Origin: a virus
Lineage: Duplodnaviria; Caudoviricetes
Virus record (IMG/VR): IMGVR_UViG_3300019365_000009
Location: 2,229 to 66,228 of that record
Direction: 5' to 3' (one strand)
DNA: 64,000 bases
In this document: in pieces, positions 28,802 to 38,782 of the stretch
Numbering within the stretch: the first letter of the stretch is position 1
Layout of the letters: each line of letters begins with the position of its first letter
Notes under the pieces: model-generated
The model's database searches: none
What the model saw: only the letters and a program-made list of their open reading frames with translations
Told to the model about the DNA's origin: nothing
Made by a program: the position numbers and the translations under genes

Positions 28802-30049
28802 TTAGTCGAGGGTCTTGAACTTGAAGTCTTTTCCCACAACATCTTCGACCTTGGCCTGAACTTTCTGCTCTTCAGTCTGGAGGCCGTCTTTGGCGGTGTC
28901 CTGATTGGCCCGAGAGATGATCTGACCGAGATTGTCACGAGCCGGAATTTTGGCGAGGATGCGTTCTGCAAGTGCAAAATCGCTCTGAGCCATCTTGACG
29001 TAATCTTCGCGGTCATCCTTGCTGATTTTGCAATCCTTGATTGCCTTGTCAACGAGGGCGTTGATCTTGTTCTCCTGAGCCTTGGCCTCAGCTTCCTGAT
29101 AGACCTTCAGAGCGTCCTTCGCCTTTGTGAGATCGGCGGTCAGATTGCTGATTGAAGTCTTGGCGCCGGTAAGCTCTGCATTTGCAGTAGCCAACTGTGC
29201 TGTTTTCTCATCAAGAGCTTTCTGGATAGCTTCGGTCTTATCAGCTTTAGCTTTGAGCTCATTGATCTTCGCCGAAATACTCTCGACGGTAGCCTTCTCT
29301 CCAGTCAGTCCGAAAAGAGCGGCAAATACTGTGATTTCAGTTTTATCCATTGTATTTAAATTTGATGTGATATTCTGTTCGTTAATAGTCGTTGAAGGAA
29401 GTGTAGGTGCCACCAATCCATAAATCGCCTTGATTTGTCCGATGTCTTTGGTGTTTTTCAAAGCTGCCTGAATCTGATCCTTGACAGCTTTAGGGGTTTC
29501 AATGATGTGTTCTGCATCGACAAAGCCTTTTTCAAGAGCCTGAGCAGCTGTGAGAAATGTTCCATCTTCCCCCTCTTGGCCATTCATTATGTTTTCAACC
29601 TCTTCTTCGGAAAGGCCAAAACGCTTGACATAGATGGTTTTAAGCTGCTGAGTGAAGGCTTCGGTGGCTTGGTTGTATTGCTTCTCTCCGTTTGCATCAC
29701 AGAATGGATTGTGAATCATCAGAAGAGCATAATCTTTCATAAAAAGCTCATCGCCAGCGGCCCAGATGATAGATCCCATTGAAGCTGCCAGAGCGTCGTT
29801 GATACACTCTGTGCGAATTTTACAATCCATGATTTTTGAGAATACGCTCATTCCCTCGATGACACTGCCACCGACAGAGTTGATATGGATGCGTATTACG
29901 CTGGGATTTACATAATTGACGAGATAATCAAATTCCCAGAGAAATTCTTGAACACTCCAGTAATCGACATCAGTGTAGTAGCAAATATCGGCAGGAGCAC
30001 CAGCGCAATAAGCTCCTTTGATAAACTTAAATTCTTTATTTTTTGCCAT
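28802..30049 (-). CDS. Clp-type prohead protease fused to a C-terminal scaffold domain
   Basis: IHINSVGGSV, LAASMGSII, LMIHNP, FLTAAQALEKGFVD ClpP motifs; coiled-coil C-terminus. Confidence 0.88.
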   Translation of the reverse strand: MAKNKEFKFIKGAYCAGAPADICYYTDVDYWSVQEFLWEFDYLVNYVNPSVIRIHINSVGGSVIEGMSVFSKIMDCKIRTECINDALAASMGSIIWAAGDELFMKDYALLMIHNPFCDANGEKQYNQATEAFTQQLKTIYVKRFGLSEEEVENIMNGQEGEDGTFLTAAQALEKGFVDAEHIIETPKAVKDQIQAALKNTKDIGQIKAIYGLVAPTLPSTTINEQNITSNLNTMDKTEITVFAALFGLTGEKATVESISAKINELKAKADKTEAIQKALDEKTAQLATANAELTGAKTSISNLTADLTKAKDALKVYQEAEAKAQENKINALVDKAIKDCKISKDDREDYVKMAQSDFALAERILAKIPARDNLGQIISRANQDTAKDGLQTEEQKVQAKVEDVVGKDFKFKTLD

Positions 30050-30082
30050 TGTTGCTCGATTTTCTTAGTAATAGTGAGCAAC

Positions 30083-30110
30083 AAAAAAGCCCCTGCGGTT
30101 GACAGGGGCT
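30083..30110 (-). terminator. intrinsic terminator
   Basis: AGCCCCTG/CAGGGGCT stem plus T6 on the minus strand. Confidence 0.7.
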
Positions 30111-30131
30111 AAAATTCAATATTACAGTATT

Positions 30132-30890
30132 TTATGTTTCATTTTGGTGAGGTATGTAATCAGTGGCTTCATCATAAGTTCTGGGATGATCCAAATTGTT
30201 ATGCCCATCTGGATTAACACCTTCGATAGTTGGGTCTTGGTCAGCATGATTGGTAAATGGAGGGCAAACAAATTTTTTATAAATCTTGTTACGAGTAGTC
30301 CAAATATTCCTTTGCTTAAACCATATTTCATAGGTCATCCAGCAAGGTTGTAATCCGTGATCGAAACTCTCCATTGGATCTACATATTCCAACTGACAGC
30401 GTTCTTGCAGACATTCGTACTTGCTAATACTTTCCTGAATAGTCTGATGAATACGCTCTGCCACATAATACACTCCCATATCATGCCCATCCTCATGGAC
30501 GTTCAAGCTGTTCAGGATGAAACGTATTCTTAACTCTGCTCGCCCTTCATTAATTCGAGATTGTTGGACTAAGTATCTCCAATTAATGAAGTGAACAAAT
30601 GCAGCTGGGAACCCCAATGTCTCTTCTTTATTACCACTGGGGGAAATGATACGCTCGTATTGGCCATCATCTATTTGAACCGTTCTGAATATTTTAGGAC
30701 TATTTGGAACCCCGTATTCCCAGGTTACTGAGCGAAGAATCTCTTTCATAGCCTTCAATACATCCATAGGCCCATTAGATTCAACCTGAAGAGGCTTTTC
30801 TTGCGGCTCTTGGGGTTTATCTATGGGCGGTGCAACGGCACTGGTTTTATTGCCACTTATGACTTTATTATTTTTCTTATCTATGATCAT
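30132..30890 (-). CDS. putative tail terminator/neck protein
   Basis: Position; FPAAFVHF pattern typical of head-tail completion proteins. Confidence 0.5.
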   Translation of the reverse strand: MIIDKKNNKVISGNKTSAVAPPIDKPQEPQEKPLQVESNGPMDVLKAMKEILRSVTWEYGVPNSPKIFRTVQIDDGQYERIISPSGNKEETLGFPAAFVHFINWRYLVQQSRINEGRAELRIRFILNSLNVHEDGHDMGVYYVAERIHQTIQESISKYECLQERCQLEYVDPMESFDHGLQPCWMTYEIWFKQRNIWTTRNKIYKKFVCPPFTNHADQDPTIEGVNPDGHNNLDHPRTYDEATDYIPHQNET

Positions 30891-30914
30891 CGTTCAGTCT
30901 TTATTGATAATAGC

Positions 30915-31838
30915 TTAGGTTTTCTTGACAAGGAACACACTATCAAAGAGGTATAATTTCATCATCTTCCTCATAAAGCTGTCAGTAAATGGATTCAAGT
31001 AAGAAGAATGACCCATAAACTGTCTCTTGATATATGATTTTGGCTTATGGCCATTCCACGCACTTCCGTATGTACCCTTTCCCTCATTATGATATCCGGC
31101 ATAGCATATACTATGTTTTTTATGATGAGCAGAGTTGGCCGGTACGACATCAGTATATATTCTTGTTTTGGCAGTTCCAGCATTTTCATCCATTTTGAGA
31201 GAGTTGTATAAATCACCATACTCTTTCAAAATTCGATTACCAGTACCTCTACTGGCACGTTTCTTTAGCGTATATGCTGATAATGGAGTCCATCTACGAG
31301 AACGGTTGCTATAAAATTGTTGATATTTGAAAGAGTTTTGAAACACCTTCATCGCTCTTCGACCAACTACTACACGGAAATTTTCTGACTGAACACGAAG
31401 TGCATAGAGGCTTATCTGAATTTGACGGATCCATTGTTTTGTGCCGTGAAGTATTGTAACGGAGCTTCCAGAGCCCCTTTTGCCTTGGCTTATATCAGAA
31501 CCCCAACGTCCACTGGATGAGCCTTTGCGCACAACTCCTTTAGAGTCAAGATAGCTAGCACGACCCCAGTTATAGTTTGGATTGGAGCCACCTTTAAGTG
31601 ACATAGGCTTGGCCCAAGAAGCCAAATGGCCTTGTCGAGTGGTGAACTTTGCTCCAGAACTGAAGTATTTGCTATATTGTTTAGGAAAAGCAGCACGACC
31701 CTTTGCAGTACCACCATTTTGACTACGAAGCCATTGTTGATACTGTCGCTCTCTATGAGAACCAAGACGTTGCCCCTCATAGAAATGTTTGCCAAATTGG
31801 GTTTTGACTTTACTGGGGTCAAACTTCTGCCGAGACAT
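30915..31838 (-). CDS. virion morphogenesis protein (Mu gpG-like), basic
   Basis: WTPLSAYTLKKR...ILKEYGDLYNSL...YAGYHNEG...RQFMG pattern. Confidence 0.65.
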   Translation of the reverse strand: MSRQKFDPSKVKTQFGKHFYEGQRLGSHRERQYQQWLRSQNGGTAKGRAAFPKQYSKYFSSGAKFTTRQGHLASWAKPMSLKGGSNPNYNWGRASYLDSKGVVRKGSSSGRWGSDISQGKRGSGSSVTILHGTKQWIRQIQISLYALRVQSENFRVVVGRRAMKVFQNSFKYQQFYSNRSRRWTPLSAYTLKKRASRGTGNRILKEYGDLYNSLKMDENAGTAKTRIYTDVVPANSAHHKKHSICYAGYHNEGKGTYGSAWNGHKPKSYIKRQFMGHSSYLNPFTDSFMRKMMKLYLFDSVFLVKKT

Positions 31839-32673
31839 AATATTTCTCTCTAAGTCTGGAAACAAAGCCCATAAGCATTTCCGTATCTTTTTCTTTTACT
31901 GAGAAATAACTATGGGTTGGCCCAAAAATCCTACCACATTTAGCCAAAGATTCACTATACACGCTATTCAGCTGTTTAGGTTTTACAAGGTCTTTAGCAG
32001 AACCTTTGATTTGGCTTAGTTTAGCGTCTGCACGAGGTACTTCCAATATCTCCAAGAAACAACGACAGTTATACTCAATGGGTGGAATCATCCAGGATGG
32101 GAACTCATCTCTGGGAGCTGCATATCCTTGTAATGCCATGTGCCAGGGTCTAACTTTTGTATCGTTTTGAGTCCAATACACAGCATAGTCCGTAGCAGAC
32201 ATTTTCATCCACATTGCCGCTACAATTCCAGCATATTCAATATCAGAATTTTCAATAGCAGAATACTGATCATTATACTTTTTACACACAGCAAGCAATT
32301 CATCATATTCATCAGAATTGAAGTCAATATCAGTATCTCCAACCATATCCAACACTTCATCATAAAGCTGGTATTCCTCACAAACGGAAAAATCAATCAG
32401 ATTAAGAATCGCAGCAGTAAGACGGTCTATGAGGTCTTTCTCTTGTTGGGTAAGATTTTCATCTTCAGAGTTTTTCAGAAGTTGAATTGCATTATCCACT
32501 TCTATACCCAACCCCTTGACAACGTGCTTAAAAGCTATTTCAGTTCTTAATTCTGAAAGAGCGTAAAGAGCCTCATCCTTATTTTCATTACGTAAGGATT
32601 TGAGTAACTGAATAAATAAGGCTACCAAAGACTGATAATCGCTGTCATGTTCGGCTTGTTGCTCTTCAGTCAT
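31819..32673 (-). CDS. head morphogenesis protein (Mu gpF/SPP1 gp7-like)
   Basis: YWTQNDTKVRPWHMALQG...PPIEYNCRC. Confidence 0.85.
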   Translation of the reverse strand: MTEEQQAEHDSDYQSLVALFIQLLKSLRNENKDEALYALSELRTEIAFKHVVKGLGIEVDNAIQLLKNSEDENLTQQEKDLIDRLTAAILNLIDFSVCEEYQLYDEVLDMVGDTDIDFNSDEYDELLAVCKKYNDQYSAIENSDIEYAGIVAAMWMKMSATDYAVYWTQNDTKVRPWHMALQGYAAPRDEFPSWMIPPIEYNCRCFLEILEVPRADAKLSQIKGSAKDLVKPKQLNSVYSESLAKCGRIFGPTHSYFSVKEKDTEMLMGFVSRLREKYYVSAEV

Positions 32674-32717
32674 GGCAGCCTTAGTCTTTTTTACAAGGTC
32701 AGAGGTGCATCCGCCTT

Positions 32718-34052
32718 TTAATGTACCCCTGACAGAAAATTTATACGATTTCGATGATGACCGTAACGTTTATAATATTCTTCATCACTCATTCGATGAC
32801 CATCGTTATCACCATCACCATCCCAGTCACCAAGGCCGCCTCCACCGGTACCAGCTTCAAAATTGCGCTGCTGGCCGACTTCAACGCCCCATTCCTTGTT
32901 GATTTCTTCGGGATCAATCTCATATTTGTCTGTGAGCATATCATAGAGCTTGATTTTATTCTCATCAGACATTTCAACTTTGTTCATGTACTTGAAGTAC
33001 ACATCATCAGAGATTATACCCCAGTATCTGAGGACTGGAACCACTTGCTCATTCATTACGTTCTCAATGCGAGTACGATATGAATTAATACGAGCACGAT
33101 ATATATTTTCGTGAGCTTTGGTAGATCCGACATAAGCCTGAGTAGCACCGGCCATAGATTCTGAACCAAGTATCAGGCTGTCATTCTCTTTATTGGTGAA
33201 CTCCGCAAGTGTCTGGTAAATTTTTTCAGAGTTGGACGCTGCAAAGGCTTTAATATCAATTTCATCCCCCTTACCAGTTACCAGCACTTTATTCTGAGCT
33301 GCCGAACCAATTTTCCGAGCCAGTCTTTGACGCGATTCATTGTCTTCAGCTTCGGTTTTGCCGTGAATGATAGGCTGCCCATAAGTGTGACTGAAGTTTA
33401 CCCAGTTGCTAACCGTATATTTCTGGGCGAGAATATTGGGCGTGGTTGCAGCAAAAATACCAAACCCACCAGTATTGATAAGAATATAGTTATGTTTATA
33501 TTGCTCATCGTCTAAATCCCAGCCCGGACTCCATTGACACCAGTGTTGAACAACACGGCGTTGATCTGGAAGAACACAACGGCGTTCAATATTGTTTACT
33601 TCCTTCAGCAATCCAGTTTCAGGGTCAAGTTCCGGCATAATTTCAAGAAGAGTATAACCATATAACTCTGCTTCAATTATGCCCTTGATAATCTTTTCAA
33701 ACTGTGAGCCTTGGCATATTTTTGACTGCTTGGGGTCACGAACCCACTTGCCATCCTCACCTTCACGGGCAAACATATATCGTTTCCCCACTAACTGAGA
33801 AAACAGAGTAAGAATTGTGCCTTGAAGATGTGCATTTTGGATATAGCAGGCTTCATATAGATCTATGAGTCTGGAACGGTCATCCATTATGGTGCCGTTC
33901 TCAACTTGACTTACGACACTTTTGTATCTGCATCGACGTGTCAGTTCTTCGGTATATTCAGTAATGGTCTTTTTGACAAGGTTATAATGTGCAACCAAAG
34001 CCTCGTCAGTAAAGAAATTACCGTTTGAATTATTTTCAGTGCGTTTACGCAT
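32718..34052 (-). CDS. portal protein (DUF935/Mu gp29-like)
   Basis: WVNFSHTYGQPIIHGK pattern; size; upstream of the gpF-like gene; probable ATG at 34052. Confidence 0.8.
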   Translation of the reverse strand: MRKRTENNSNGNFFTDEALVAHYNLVKKTITEYTEELTRRCRYKSVVSQVENGTIMDDRSRLIDLYEACYIQNAHLQGTILTLFSQLVGKRYMFAREGEDGKWVRDPKQSKICQGSQFEKIIKGIIEAELYGYTLLEIMPELDPETGLLKEVNNIERRCVLPDQRRVVQHWCQWSPGWDLDDEQYKHNYILINTGGFGIFAATTPNILAQKYTVSNWVNFSHTYGQPIIHGKTEAEDNESRQRLARKIGSAAQNKVLVTGKGDEIDIKAFAASNSEKIYQTLAEFTNKENDSLILGSESMAGATQAYVGSTKAHENIYRARINSYRTRIENVMNEQVVPVLRYWGIISDDVYFKYMNKVEMSDENKIKLYDMLTDKYEIDPEEINKEWGVEVGQQRNFEAGTGGGGLGDWDGDGDNDGHRMSDEEYYKRYGHHRNRINFLSGVH

Positions 34053-34508
34053 AATCTTGATTTTATTGGTAATAGTCACTCTGTATAGTTGGCCGGAGAA
34101 TACCTGAATACCATAAAATCATTCAGTACACAGTCAAAATAAAAAAATTCAATTTTTTTATCACAGAATATCAGATAGTTATAGAGACGGCGGTTTCACT
34201 TTGCCCAATCTCACTATACACCCAATACTATTATATATAGGAGTACATCAAAACCTCCCTTAAATTGCAGTCAAATGACGAATTGGAAAAACTTAAAGAG
34301 TAATCCTCCGACAGAGAGTTGTAACATCTGCTTGAAGATTGGCACTTCCTATGATACCTATTTCTTTAAGAGATATACCAGTTATAGTTGGGAGTTAACT
34401 AAATTTCCACAGGTTATAAGCCCGGAGAAAGTGCCTGACCACGCCCTTTACATCAATCTGGATGAGGTAAAATGATGAATAGCAGTTGTTAATTCTAAAT
34501 CACATTAT

Positions 34509-34928
34509 ATGAGAGCTTTTATTGAAGCAAAAGTAAAGTTCAAAAAGCAGATGCAGAATGGAAAGATTAAGGAGGTAAGCGAACCTTACCTTGTGAAAGC
34601 CTTATCTTTTACTGAAGCTGAAGCTCGCGTTACTGAAGAGGTGCGCCCCTATATTTCAGGAGAATTTTCAGTATCTGCCGTAACAAAGTCTAATGTCATT
34701 GAAGTCTTTTACGACCCTGAAGGCGACTTCTGGTATAAAGTTAAGGCCAATTTCATAAGCCTTAATGAAAAGACCAATACGGAGAAACTGACTTCTTCCT
34801 ACTACTTGGTTCAGGCGCACGATTTTCGCAGTGCGTATGACAATTTCCTGAAAGGGATGAAAGATACAATGGCAGATTTCACAATCGCCAGTATCACGGA
34901 AACCAAGATTATGGATGTGTTTGAGTAA
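34509..34928 (+). CDS. DUF4494-like protein
   Basis: VSEPYLVKALSFTEAEARV motif, common in Bacteroidota phages. Confidence 0.75.
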   Translation: MRAFIEAKVKFKKQMQNGKIKEVSEPYLVKALSFTEAEARVTEEVRPYISGEFSVSAVTKSNVIEVFYDPEGDFWYKVKANFISLNEKTNTEKLTSSYYLVQAHDFRSAYDNFLKGMKDTMADFTIASITETKIMDVFE

Positions 34929-34932
34929 GACT

Positions 34933-35403
34933 ATGGACTACAAGACCACAATCCTAAAAAAAGAAATCCAGACGGATGAAACTTTATTGCCAGAAATAGC
35001 GGGATTGCATTTTGGGTTCTTAGAGGAAAACAGAGCCGTATTCGACTATACAGCATATATCGAAGAAAACAAACTGGTTCCTATTGATTTCAAAGTGTTC
35101 ATGAGAGTTAATAAGCATTTCATAGAAACACTGGCAAAATCTAACGATAAGAAAACATCAGAATTGTTTTTTCAAAATACCAATGGTCACATATTGGTAT
35201 CAGCAGAATTGGTCTTCATTTTCTTAGCGTTTGTGAACCCTGAAATGTTCCTTTATTTCAACAGCCTCTTGACTGATGTCATAACAGATGGTGTTGCATA
35301 TAGCAATGGGTTTGTGTATAGTATGGCCGCTAATAGGATTCCGTCAGATGTTCTAAGTGATTTAATCAAAGAAAGAGAGAATGACGCAGCCGGAAGTAAA
35401 TAA
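34933..35403 (+). CDS. hypothetical protein
   Basis: Tightly packed ORF; probable ATG at 34933. Confidence 0.65.
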   Translation: MDYKTTILKKEIQTDETLLPEIAGLHFGFLEENRAVFDYTAYIEENKLVPIDFKVFMRVNKHFIETLAKSNDKKTSELFFQNTNGHILVSAELVFIFLAFVNPEMFLYFNSLLTDVITDGVAYSNGFVYSMAANRIPSDVLSDLIKERENDAAGSK

Positions 35404-35734
35404 TAAACCGACCACCATTGTGGCTTTTGATTCGTCTTACGTATTAGTGGCGATATTCAAATCCATCAGTGAGGCCGCTACTTTGACCAATACTGTGCGC
35501 CAGTCCTTAATCAAAGCAGCCTATGGAGATATAATCTCTGTCAATAAAAGATACTGGAGAGCGGTGCCCACCGATTTTCAGATTGAGCCAGACGATGTGG
35601 GTAAACTGACATTATTTGAATTTGATGCGGCTGTTGGAGAAGATCGAAAGATTTATTCAACCCGAAAAATGCTCAAAAATTCAGTAATGCTGGAAAGTGA
35701 GTACATAGCTCTCCAAGCAACCCAAGGAAAATAA
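35381..35734 (+). CDS. NUMOD1-like HTH protein
   Basis: IFKSISEAATLTN...SVNKRYW resembles NUMOD1 DNA-binding domains. Confidence 0.55.
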   Translation: MTQPEVNNKPTTIVAFDSSYVLVAIFKSISEAATLTNTVRQSLIKAAYGDIISVNKRYWRAVPTDFQIEPDDVGKLTLFEFDAAVGEDRKIYSTRKMLKNSVMLESEYIALQATQGK

Positions 35735-35758
35735 TACTAAATTTACTGTAATACAAAA

Positions 35759-36220
35759 ATGAAAGTAGTTCTTTTATCATCGGGTGCCAAAGTGCCCAAA
35801 AGAGTAAATGATTATGCCGCTGGCTATGATCTCTTTACTCCCAAAGACTCAGTTGTCAAACCGGGTCGTAACCTCATACCCATCGACATCTCTGTTGAAC
35901 TGGATCCACATACTGAGGGCGAGATAAGACCTTGTAGCGGATATTCCATATACGGAATGAAAGGTTTTTCTCTTGAAGATCTCAATACTGAAAAGAGATT
36001 TGATGCGGATGTTATCGTCGGGACAGTGGACGAAGATTATCGTGGCGTGGTCGGTGCGATCATCAAAAGCTATGAGGACAAGCCTTTTGTTATCAAGCAA
36101 GGTGTAAAAATCGCCCAGCTCGTAGTCAAAAACTATATCGGTAAACCCTTCGAGATTACTTCAGAGCTTTCCGCAACAGAAAGAGGAAGCAAGGGTTTTG
36201 GAGAACTGGAACACAAGTGA
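35759..36220 (+). CDS. dut: trimeric dUTPase
   Basis: AAGYDL, RPCSG, GTVDEDYRG, KIAQLV, RGSKGFG motifs. Confidence 0.9.
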   Translation: MKVVLLSSGAKVPKRVNDYAAGYDLFTPKDSVVKPGRNLIPIDISVELDPHTEGEIRPCSGYSIYGMKGFSLEDLNTEKRFDADVIVGTVDEDYRGVVGAIIKSYEDKPFVIKQGVKIAQLVVKNYIGKPFEITSELSATERGSKGFGELEHK

Positions 36221-36255
36221 CCCCATTCTTAACTACCTAATAGGGCAGTAGCCCA

Positions 36256-36290
36256 AGGAGCGTCATGTGTCATACACACGCTCCTTTTTT
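36256..36290 (+). terminator. intrinsic terminator after dut
   Basis: AGGAGCGT/ACGCTCCT stem plus T-run. Confidence 0.7.
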
Positions 36291-36406
36291 CTATATAATT
36301 AAGGTGTGTCTTTTGCGGAAGTGAAACTTATTAAAATTATAACACATTCTAAACCAGCAATAAAACATAAGTTTAACATTTTTTAGAAAGTGAAACTACA
36401 AAATTA

Positions 36407-36438
36407 TTTGAAGGTTTCACTTTTTAAGATTAATTTTG
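36407..36438 (+). promoter_or_regulatory. Bacteroidota-type housekeeping promoter for the recombinase gene
   Basis: TTTG (36407) - N20 - TAATTTTG (36431) matches the -33/-7 consensus. Confidence 0.65.
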
Positions 36439-36459
36439 CGAAACCAAATTCCAAATTGT

Positions 36460-37053
36460 ATGAGTAAAAAAGGAAGTGTCACGACGGCTGACTACTTGCC
36501 GTATGCAGATTATCAGAAGCTTGTTCAAACTCTGATAGACGAAAAGAAATATTGGTGGGCCTGCTACTGCATCTTGTCATTTTGTACTGGATTGCGGTTT
36601 TCCGATGTATGTAAATTAAGGTGGTCTGATGTTCTTGATCAGAGAAAGATTGTCATCACAGCCAAGAAAACCAACAAGACCCATGTTATCCCTATTGGGC
36701 AAAATGCTTCTGACCATTTTACTTCTCTTCATAAATTGATGGGTAAACCCTCTAAAAGAGACCTTATCCTTGTCGGTCAAAAAGGAGAAGGAAGCAAGCC
36801 GGTATCTATTCAATATATCAATCGTGCATTAAAGAAATGGGCAGTCAAGTATGACTTGGATATTGACAACTTCAGCACTCATACATTTAGAAAGACTTTT
36901 GGAAGATACGTCTATGACAAAGGCGGTAGGGATGAAAAGACACTGATGTATTTGAACAGAATCTTCAAACACACCAGTTTAGATACTACTATGATATATC
37001 TCGGAATTAGAGATGAAGAAATCTCCAATATCTTCGATTCTATAAAAATATAG
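36460..37053 (+). CDS. small tyrosine recombinase (catalytic domain only)
   Basis: TGLRFSD, HTFRKTFG, HTSLDTTMIY (R-H-x-x-R-H-Y). Confidence 0.92.
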   Translation: MSKKGSVTTADYLPYADYQKLVQTLIDEKKYWWACYCILSFCTGLRFSDVCKLRWSDVLDQRKIVITAKKTNKTHVIPIGQNASDHFTSLHKLMGKPSKRDLILVGQKGEGSKPVSIQYINRALKKWAVKYDLDIDNFSTHTFRKTFGRYVYDKGGRDEKTLMYLNRIFKHTSLDTTMIYLGIRDEEISNIFDSIKI

Positions 37054-37055
37054 GT

Positions 37056-37679
37056 ATGAATACTGGGAGTAGAATATTGAGCAAGCTCACATATTGCAAA
37101 CTCTGCGGAAGTAAAATATGGATGCAGGGCTACAATATCCGAAGCCACATTACCCACATTATGAAAAAAAATAATGTGTGCTATGAATGTGCCTTCTGGG
37201 AAGAATTGATCGCTTATCCCCCGGAATATATGGAGGTGATCAATCAACAGTGTTTACGCCTACACCCAGTTGCTAATAAGAAGGACAAAACCTTAACCCT
37301 CGGAGGTAAGGGGAAAATGAGATATTTTATGCGTACTGATGGCTCTTTAATTCAATCCAATGATATATGGACTATCGGCACAATACCAGAACGCTTCATA
37401 TCCCAGTTACCGACAACGGCGGTAGAAATAACCTTAAAGGCATATCGCCAGTTGAAGAAAAGCAGTAAGAAATGTTATGCTCGTGGTTGTATGGACCGAT
37501 ACCATTGTTTCAGATATGATCGAGCATTGGAGAATGATGAAAAAGGATCATTCAATGCTATTCCACCTAAATGGAATGTTGGCGATGAGCATTGTGGTTT
37601 CTTCATCAATATCCAGGACATAAAAAGTGATGAGAGCAGTGTTATCAGTAAACCAAATTCCAATGAAGCAGAAAACTGA
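37056..37679 (+). CDS. hypothetical Cys-rich protein
   Basis: CKLCG, CYEC, CYARGC..C motifs. Confidence 0.65.
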   Translation: MNTGSRILSKLTYCKLCGSKIWMQGYNIRSHITHIMKKNNVCYECAFWEELIAYPPEYMEVINQQCLRLHPVANKKDKTLTLGGKGKMRYFMRTDGSLIQSNDIWTIGTIPERFISQLPTTAVEITLKAYRQLKKSSKKCYARGCMDRYHCFRYDRALENDEKGSFNAIPPKWNVGDEHCGFFINIQDIKSDESSVISKPNSNEAEN

Positions 37680-37956
37680 AGAGTTGCTTAAAAAAGCACA
37701 GGAAATCATGGGTGATGAATCAGACTTCCTCATCATTGCCCATAAGGAAGGACAATGTGGCGCCGTAGCACATGGCGATTCAGACACAGTTGCCCAGGCA
37801 ATATTCTCGTGTATGCACCAGCCTGGTAATCCTATCGGCCAAACACTGTATCGTATCATCAAACTCAATGTGATGAATATGCTGCGCAATCCATCTATCT
37901 ATGCAAAGGATATGCTTGACTCTATCGACTTAATAATTCCCGACAATGAGCAGTAA
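37663..37956 (+). CDS. hypothetical protein
   Basis: Probable ATG at 37663, preceded by the repeated 16-bp motif. Confidence 0.6.
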   Translation: MKQKTEELLKKAQEIMGDESDFLIIAHKEGQCGAVAHGDSDTVAQAIFSCMHQPGNPIGQTLYRIIKLNVMNMLRNPSIYAKDMLDSIDLIIPDNEQ

Positions 37957-38782
37957 ATATCTTCCATACGACGTGTCGGATATAGACACGCTCTTGAATG
38001 AGCCTTGGGAAATCAGTGACCAGCCATTCATGCTTCACGCTGCCTATGCTCTGAATTGTCTTTATGACATCGTGGCTCCGGAAGATGATGAGGAGTTCAC
38101 TCCAGATGATATGTGGGGTAATAAAATTGAGAAAAAGATCCTGGATAGGATGGTTCTTGACATAGAGGCAGACTTCAACGATGCGGCCACTAATCGTAAA
38201 CCCGTCCGAATATGGGATAAAAGTTATTCAATCAGAAAGGTCAATGCCTATGACCATTCACGCCTTCACTTGATATTCAATTTCCCATTGGAGAATGGGG
38301 AGTACACAATCACTAAAGAGGGCGTGTTGAACTTGACTGGCGTTTCTGACCCAATACTTAAACCCTATGATATTTCTAAGGAGCAAGCTCAAATCAATCG
38401 CACCTATCTCAGACAGATTATTATGCTGGCTGAAGATGATGAGAACGATGGGTGGGGCCAACTGACCGATATGGAGATTGTCGTTTATTGTTGGGCGCTC
38501 TTTTACAACAAGCACCAGTTTGACAATTTTATTCAGTTTAAGAAAGAGTATCAGGATTATCTCTATGTCACTGAAAAGGAGATACTCAGTTGCTTGAATG
38601 AGAGGTCCACTCTCAGGCAGAAACCAGTCGGAATGTATGCGTTCTCACATGACAAGATCCAGAAATGGAACCAAGACAACTATCAGGAATCTGCCGCCAT
38701 CAAAATTCCAGCTTCCAAAGCAGAAGATTACTGGTATGATATCGCGCTGAAAAAGACTTTCAAACCGATAGACCAACGATAA
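37946..38782 (+). CDS. hypothetical protein
   Basis: 278-aa ORF in the operon. Confidence 0.7.
   Translation: MSSKYLPYDVSDIDTLLNEPWEISDQPFMLHAAYALNCLYDIVAPEDDEEFTPDDMWGNKIEKKILDRMVLDIEADFNDAATNRKPVRIWDKSYSIRKVNAYDHSRLHLIFNFPLENGEYTITKEGVLNLTGVSDPILKPYDISKEQAQINRTYLRQIIMLAEDDENDGWGQLTDMEIVVYCWALFYNKHQFDNFIQFKKEYQDYLYVTEKEILSCLNERSTLRQKPVGMYAFSHDKIQKWNQDNYQESAAIKIPASKAEDYWYDIALKKTFKPIDQR

Noticed and set aside
204-33515. Plus-strand ORFs within the virion module (e.g. 204-680, 8439-9347, 24747-25301, 25895-26713)
   Set aside because: They are antisense shadows of strongly biased minus-strand genes and have no recognisable motifs.
36460-37053. Prophage integrase marking an attachment boundary
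   Set aside because: Phage-type genes continue on both sides, no host genes or att duplication are visible, and the protein lacks an arm-binding domain.
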